Shown here: piece after piece, positions 61,701 to 64,000 of the stretch
Layout: the number at the start of each line of letters is the position of its first letter
How positions within the stretch are numbered: the stretch's first letter is position 1
Assembly (NCBI GenBank): GCA_965219685.1
Contig: CBDCOH010000002.1
Location: 2,944,001 to 3,008,000 of the forward strand
Direction of reading: 5' to 3'
DNA: 64,000 nt
Source of the DNA: Candidatus Spongiisociaceae bacterium
Lineage (GTDB): Bacteria; Actinomycetota; Acidimicrobiia; Spongiisociales; Spongiisociaceae
Translations under genes and position numbers: made by a program
Notes under the pieces: model-generated
Seen by the model: only the letters and a program-made list of their open reading frames with translations
Database searches by the model: none
What the model was told of the DNA's origin: nothing

Positions 61701-64000
61701 CCGCAGCGTCAGCAGCCTTGGGCGCCGACCACGCCACCTCAACCTGTGCTGCTATCGCCGCCGACAACGTCACCGTGAACGACGCGTCCGATCCCTCCGC
61801 CACCGCCGAGGCGGGACCCGAGATCGACAACACCGCACTGTCCTTATCATCCGGCGTCTCGGTGGTCGTCTTGTCATCGTCAGTCAACGTCACCGACGCC
61901 GACGCCACCGACAGACCCACCGCGGTAGTAGTCGAACCCGGGATGGTGATGGTCTCGTCGCCCTCCACCACCTGGTCATCGGTCGGGGTGATCTTCATAA
62001 TCCCCGACCCGCTAGCACTGTTCGCCGAAATCGTGATCGAACCCAACGACGTCCCAACCGTGTAGTCGGTGTCCTTGGTCGCCGAACCCGACAGGGTGCC
62101 AATAGTCACCACCGTGGATCCCGGCAACGTGCCACCCGCGAACGTGGCCGTCACCGTCACCGACGTCTCACCATCGTCCTCACCCAGACTCGACGGAACC
62201 GCACTCAACGTCACCCCCGTCGGCGCACTGGTGACGGTCACCGTGAAAGTCTCCGTCACTGCCGTGTTCGTCCCATCATCCGCTGAGATAGTCGCCGTGT
62301 AGTCCTTCACCGTCGCCGACCGTGCCACCGTCCCGGACACCTTCTTGGTAGTGGCGTCATACGACAGGCCGTCGGGCAGGCCCGTCACCGTCACCGTCAC
62401 CGTGTCCCCGTCAACATCCGACACCTCGATGTCAAACGCCGTAATGGACGTCCCCTGTACATAACTCTTGTCCCCCGGGTCGGTGATCACCGGAGGAGAG
62501 TTCTCGATCAGCTTGATGATGACGTTGATGACCGAGGCGTGGCCGTTCACCGTGTAGTGAACCTCGCCCCGGTAGAACTTGGCGATCACCTGACCGTTGT
62601 GTGTCTCCGTCTCCCGGTAGTCGCCGTCTTCGGCGTCGTAGTCGAACACGGCGCCCTCTGCCACGCTGATCTGTCCGGTTCCCGAATCGATGACGAACAG
62701 CCCAGAGTCCTTGGCCTTGCCCTTCAACGTGTATGACAGCGCCACATTGTTGTAGGGAGTGCCCGTCACCGGGTCACCCACCGCCGTGCCCGCCGGTGAC
62801 CCCTCGGTGATCTCCCGGCTCGTCTTCGCGGTAACCGTCAGAGACGCCGTGCGGGTGACCTGCCCCCCATAGGCGTCACTCGCCACATATAACACCTTCG
62901 ACGCGCCCTGATTCAGCAAGTTCGCCGTCAGCACAGCAGACCCCGCCGCGCCGGAGAGGCTGACCCGCACCAGAGCAGGACGCTCCGCCGACGCCGAATA
63001 CGTCAACGCATCGCCGTCGGGATCCGAGAAGAACGCCCCCGACCCCAAAGGCGCCGTCTCATGCCAGGCAAACGACCCGCCCATCCCCAACGAACCCCCA
63101 CCAAAAGACACGCTCGAAGCAGCCGGAGCCCTATTAGCCGTCCCCTCCCCAACATCCGACCACGGGCCGGTCCTCACACCGGTGATCACAGGACCTGCCC
63201 GCTCGTCGTCGATGATCGTGATGATCGCGTCACCGACCGACACCCCCGTGGCCGTCCCCGTGACGATGATCGACTCGCTCCCCTCCACCAACTGGTCGTC
63301 CGAGATGGTGAACGTCAGGGTCGCCGATCCGCTGGTGCTGCCGTCCGCGATCGTTATGTCAGGCAAAGTCCCCACCGAATAGTCGGTACCGGACGTGGCC
63401 GTCCCGCCCGACAGCGCCAGGTCAACCGTCACAGCCCCCGAACTGCCCTGCCGGGTCGCCGTCACGGTGACACTGCCAGAAGTGGTGGGCTCGGCCAACG
63501 AAACCGGGTTGACACTCAAAGCAATATCGGGGGTGCCGCTGATCCGGCCCACCGCCCGCACCTGCGCCTCATAGGTCGCGCCTGCCTCCAAACCCGGCAG
63601 GTTCAAACTGGTAGCAGTGGCCGACAGCGCCCCGGTGTAAGCCGTCCACGCAGGCGGGTCCTCACCTTGCGCCGCTTTCTTCCGGTACTGCGCCTCGTAG
63701 CCGGTGATGACCAGACCGTTGTCATCGGCGGCCGTCCAGGTTGCGTCCAGAGCCGGATCCGTGGGCTCGCTGAACTCGGTACGAGTCAACGACGGCTCAC
63801 CGGGCTTACCCAACTCACGCTCGTTCACGCGGATGAGAACGTTGATGACCGAGGCGTGGCCGTCCACCGTGTAATGAACCTCGCCCCGGTAGAACTTGGC
63901 GATCACCTCACCGTTGTATGTCTCGGTCTCCCGGTGGGTGTCATCGGTGTGGTAGTCCAACACCGCGCCTTCTGCCACGCTGATCTGCCCGGTTCCCGAG
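49780..64000 (-). CDS. Giant surface protein (>4730 aa, 5'-truncated): cadherin-like, FN3, He_PIG, nine ~369-aa Calx-beta/Ig triple repeats, three SLH-like motifs, C-terminal S-layer-like region
   Basis: Uninterrupted ORF, open to the window end (SGTGQISVAEGA). Calx-beta motifs (GTATAGTDYTAKSGTLTF, DDAVVEGDETI). SLH motifs (GITIGT..STYSP...VPRWQVALFL; GITRGTTPTTYAP..VVTRGQMALFI; GVVTG...TFG...ITRASTAEFL). Confidence 0.92.
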   Translation of the reverse strand, partial: SGTGQISVAEGAVLDYHTDDTHRETETYNGEVIAKFYRGEVHYTVDGHASVINVLIRVNERELGKPGEPSLTRTEFSEPTDPALDATWTAADDNGLVITGYEAQYRKKAAQGEDPPAWTAYTGALSATATSLNLPGLEAGATYEAQVRAVGRISGTPDIALSVNPVSLAEPTTSGSVTVTATRQGSSGAVTVDLALSGGTATSGTDYSVGTLPDITIADGSTSGSATLTFTISDDQLVEGSESIIVTGTATGVSVGDAIITIIDDERAGPVITGVRTGPWSDVGEGTANRAPAASSVSFGGGSLGMGGSFAWHETAPLGSGAFFSDPDGDALTYSASAERPALVRVSLSGAAGSAVLTANLLNQGASKVLYVASDAYGGQVTRTASLTVTAKTSREITEGSPAGTAVGDPVTGTPYNNVALSYTLKGKAKDSGLFVIDSGTGQISVAEGAVFDYDAEDGDYRETETHNGQVIAKFYRGEVHYTVNGHASVINVIIKLIENSPPVITDPGDKSYVQGTSITAFDIEVSDVDGDTVTVTVTGLPDGLSYDATTKKVSGTVARSATVKDYTATISADDGTNTAVTETFTVTVTSAPTGVTLSAVPSSLGEDDGETSVTVTATFAGGTLPGSTVVTIGTLSGSATKDTDYTVGTSLGSITISANSASGSGIMKITPTDDQVVEGDETITIPGSTTTAVGLSVASASVTLTDDDKTTTETPDDKDSAVLSISGPASAVAEGSDASFTVTLSAAIAAQVEVAWSAPKAADAAVGSDLSATSGTVTFAAGSAAGATQTITITATDDNLSETSEGFTVTLGTITSTLSEVSLKSGASSATATISESDPITINITGPSSVDEGDATGNYTVSLSPSGVTPTADLTVSYGTANGTATAGTDYTAKSGTLTFTSTAAGSQTFSVQTTEDVVDEGTGETFTVSISSPSGGGGPAPSLATSVTVTTTITDDDDAPSGITLSAVPSSLGEDDGETSVTVTATLNGSTLPSPTTVTIGTLSGGATKGTDYTVGTALASITIPANTASGSGIMKITPTDDAVVEGDETITIPGSTSNEVGLSVTSASVTLTDDDKTTTETPDDKDSAVLSISGPGSPVAEGSDASFTVTLSKSVAAEVKVAWSAPLGTDSAEGADLSATSGTVTFAAGSAAGATQTITITATDDALSETAETLTVTLGTITSTLSSQLGLKNGASSATATISASDPITVNISGPSSVDEGGATTNYTVSLSPAGVTPTSDLTVSYGTAAGTATSGTDFTAKSGTLTFTQTAAGSQTFTVQTTEDNVDEGTGETFTVSISSPSGGGGPTPSLNTSATVTTTITDDDDASGITLSASPSSLGEDDGETSVTVTATLNGSTLPGSTTVTIGTVSGSATKDTDYTVGTSLASITIPANTASGTGTMKITPTDDAVVEGDESITIPGSTSTEVGLSVTSATVTLTDDDKTTTGTPDDKDSAVLSISGPSAAVAEGSEASFTVTLSKSVAAEVKVAWSAPLGTDAAEGSDLSATSGTVTFAANSAAGATKTITITAIDDKLSETAETFTVTLGTITSTLSSQLSLASSAKAATATISASDPITVSISGPSAVDEGDATTNYTVSLSPAGVTPTSDLTVSYGTAAGTATSGTDFTAKSGTLTFTSTAAGSQTFSVQTTEDDVDEGTGETFTVSISSPSGGGGPAPSLGTSASVTTTITDDDDVSGITLSAVPSSLGEDDGETSVTVTATLAGATLPGSTTVTIGTLSGGATKGTDYTATTLSTITIPATSSSGTGTLKITPTDDAVVEGDETITIPGSTTTAVGLSVTSATVTLTDDDKTTTETPDDKDSAVLSISGPASAVAEGSDASFTVTLSKSVAAEVKVGWSAPLSTDGAEGSDLSATSGTVTFAANSSAGATKTITITATDDKLSETAEGFTVTLGTITSTLSSQVGLKNGASSATATISASDPITVNIIGPSSVDEGDATTNYTVSLSPSGVTPTADLTVSYGTADGTAVAGTDYTAKSGTLTFTQTAAGSQTFTVQTTEDNVDEGTGETFTVSISSPSGGGGPTPSLNTSATVTTTITDDDDASGITLSAVPSSLGEDDGETSVTVTATLNGSVLPGSTTVTIGTLSGGATRDTDYTVGTSLASITIPANTASGTGIMKITPTDDAVVEGDETITIPGSTTTAVGLSVTSATVTLTDDDKTTTGTPDDKDSAVLSISGPASAVAEGSGASFTVTLSKSVAAQVQVGWSAPLNTDSAVGSDLSATSGTVTFAANSAAGATQTITITATDDKLSETAETFTVTLGTITSTLSSQISLASSAKAAAATISASDPITVNISGPSAVDEGDATTNYTVSLSPSGVTPTADLTVSYGTAGGTATSGTDFTAKSGTLTFTQTAAGSQTFAVQTTEDDVDEGTGETFTVSISSPSGGGGPAPSLATSASVTTTISDDDDVSGITLSASPSSLGEDDGETSVTVTATLAGGTLPGSTVVTIGTLSGGATKDTDYTVGTSLASITIPATSSSGTGTLVITPTDDAVVEGDESITIPGSTTTAVGLSVASASVTLTDDDKTTTETPDDKDSAVLSISGPASAVAEGSDASFTVTLSKSVAAKVQLAWSAPLAADAAVAADLSATSGTVTFAANSAAGATQTITIGASDDKLSETSEGFTVTLGTITSTLSSQVGLKNGASSATATISASDPITVNISGPSSVDEGDATTNYTVSLSPSGVIPTADLTVSYGTANGTATAGTDFTAKSGTLTFTSTAAGSQTFSVQTTEDDVDEGTGETFTVSISSPSGGGGPAPSLNTSATVTTTISDDDDASGITLSASPSSLGEDDGETSVTVTATLAGGTLPGSTTVTIGTLSGSATKGTDYSVGTSLASITIPANTASGTGTLVITPTDDAVVEGDETITIPGSTTTAVGLSVASASVTLTDDDKTTTEAPDDKDSAVLSISGPASAVAEGSDASFTVTLSAAIAAKVDVAWSAPLSTDAAEGSDLSATSGTVTFAAGSAAGATQTITITATDDKLSETAETFTVTLGTITSTLSEVSLKSGASSATATISASDAITVNISGPSTVDEGDATGNYTVSLSPSGVTPTSDLTVNYATANGTATAGTDYTAKSGTLTFTSAAAGSQTFKVQTTEDVVDEGTGETFTVSISSPSGGGGPAPSLAKSPTVTTTITDDDDAPSGVTLSAVPSSLGEDDAETSLTVTAKLNGSTLPGSTTVTIGTLSGSATKDTDYTVGTSLASITIPATTASWSGTMKITPTDDTVVEGDETITIPGSTTTAVGLSVTSATVTLTDSRKAPLGNPNDEPPAGSPGDTDGAVLSISGPASAVAEGSDASFTVTLSAAVAAEVKVAWSAPLAADAAVAADLSATSGTVTFAANSAAGATKTIKITATDDKLSETSEGFTVTLGTITSTLSSQISLKSGASSATATISASDAITVNISGPSSVDEGDSTTSYTVSLSPTGVTPTADLTVSYGTANGTATAGTDYTAKSGTLTFTSTAAGSQTFKVQTTEDDVDEGTGETFTVSISSPSGGGGPTPSLNTSASVTTTITDDDDAPSGITLSAVPSSLGEDDGETSVTVTATLNGSTLPGSTVVTIGTLSGGATKDTDYTVGTSLASITIPATSSSGTGTLVITPTDDAVVEGDESITIPGSTTTEVGLSVASASVTLTDDDKTTTGTPDDKDSAVLSISGPSAAVAEGSDAEFVVTLSKSVAAEVSVGWSAPLGTDAAEGSDLSATSGTVTFAANSAAGATETITITATDDRLSETSEGFTVTLGTITSTLSSQISLRSGATSATATISESDPITVSLSGSSSVTEGDSSSYTITLTPQGVIPTADLLVDYTTADGTASAGEDYVAKSGTLTFTRTDAAAKTVTITTIADAVEEGDETFSLTITNPRGGGGPPPAVNTTVTTNIRERPDPTEPATPTPESGTVPEVADVDPTPDYTPTFDACVNAASEPWGFVDVPAEHPNADDIHCIAYYGITIGTGDGSTYSPSGFVPRWQVALFLTRMARRVGIEVPATPDIGFTDIGDLAYGTQASIKQLMALGITRGTTPTTYAPHDVVTRGQMALFIARLMNLVTPLTDGDPAMDDTTFYGYTPSLVAKNEEVKVRDEHGLDVAPEIKSPYTDVGSIGGDMYSAITQLYELGVVTGLTSTTFGSSDLITRASTAEFLAGALAHSNVRPAGLSIQADNTADYGEYVATMLISVRDDEFGPVTDGLVDIFQNNCADICGEDAHFITSGTRAGRCNGRQTVGDCVWGTDDHKTDRNGNIHFEARIGATPAVEGTTSRTHTVYAWIGSEPGDVFDLDDDDYVSAAASWIPVRDSVAVTTSISSDSADGMDRTTTGAPTDSGKLVHLGSTRSVVVTGQLTDSGGGAVKQGGVGIRVSWTRYVFDRGPDGADAGDSFVITYENIHEATRTTSDDGTVTFTVSAPKDVESAADQDVVDMVMFTVDADGKTDGTANTMGTITFNWVEDTPVYQKTAISATEYVLVDGDGDGDDADISVSARLLDQYGEGIRLDDNGNAYRITLALDGNGSEHFTDIDPDTPGVQTISDVVKTPSIRSGSSSRGMAAASFSVNDIARTTHSLDIAYRIARAQVDSEGLLVDGDPHTDGVQIIYQSLTGATASGTTAATNVYVAATDGDGDDRKITVHQTFGGNLADEIPATHFATEGNGADHGVLYAMDDNDTYINNGESAPPCVAFRPQAGDVVRVVVYSRDKDGASIYDITPHRQLGVTPL
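52590..62220 (-). repeat. Intragenic tandem repeat, period ~1107 bp, about nine copies
   Basis: Equivalent positions recur at 53186, 54323, 55430, 56537, 57644, 58748, 59855, 60962 and 62069. Confidence 0.92.

Noticed and set aside
52589-62302. Series of repeated + strand ORFs of 106-222 aa
   Set aside because: Antisense shadows of the Thr/Ser/Val-rich repeats of the giant minus-strand gene.

Overview
High-GC actinobacterial DNA. The gene content (SLH-type surface proteins, SwmB/Calx-beta adhesins, DUF222/HNH and IS3 remnants) suggests Acidimicrobiia, possibly a marine or host-associated lineage; this is inference. Both ends of the window cut large repetitive surface proteins, and the right-hand one is >4700 aa. 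The middle holds housekeeping and transport genes (thiD, kbl-like, fdhD, mogA/moaB, surE, ABC systems, DUF885, M20, SDR, RNase HI, tcuA/tcuB). The most notable items are: (1) a candidate sterol/lipid-modifying locus built around a GPP34(GOLPH3-like)-cytochrome P450 fusion with a non-canonical I-helix, an MMPL transporter, a KshA/Neverland-type Rieske oxygenase and a frameshifted FAD oxidoreductase; (2) a dispersed intergenic element family at about 12 sites, made of 7-bp tandem arrays that often begin exactly at stop codons and run into a conserved TA(A/G)CGTTAGA-type core; (3) a compositionally distinct two-gene module with an uncalled 56-aa basic protein; (4) an RNase HI with a second, catalytically degenerate RNase H domain; (5) an NCS2 permease fused to an RsbW-like domain. 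No rRNA, tRNA or CRISPR array was seen. All family assignments come from motif recognition by eye, not from searches.
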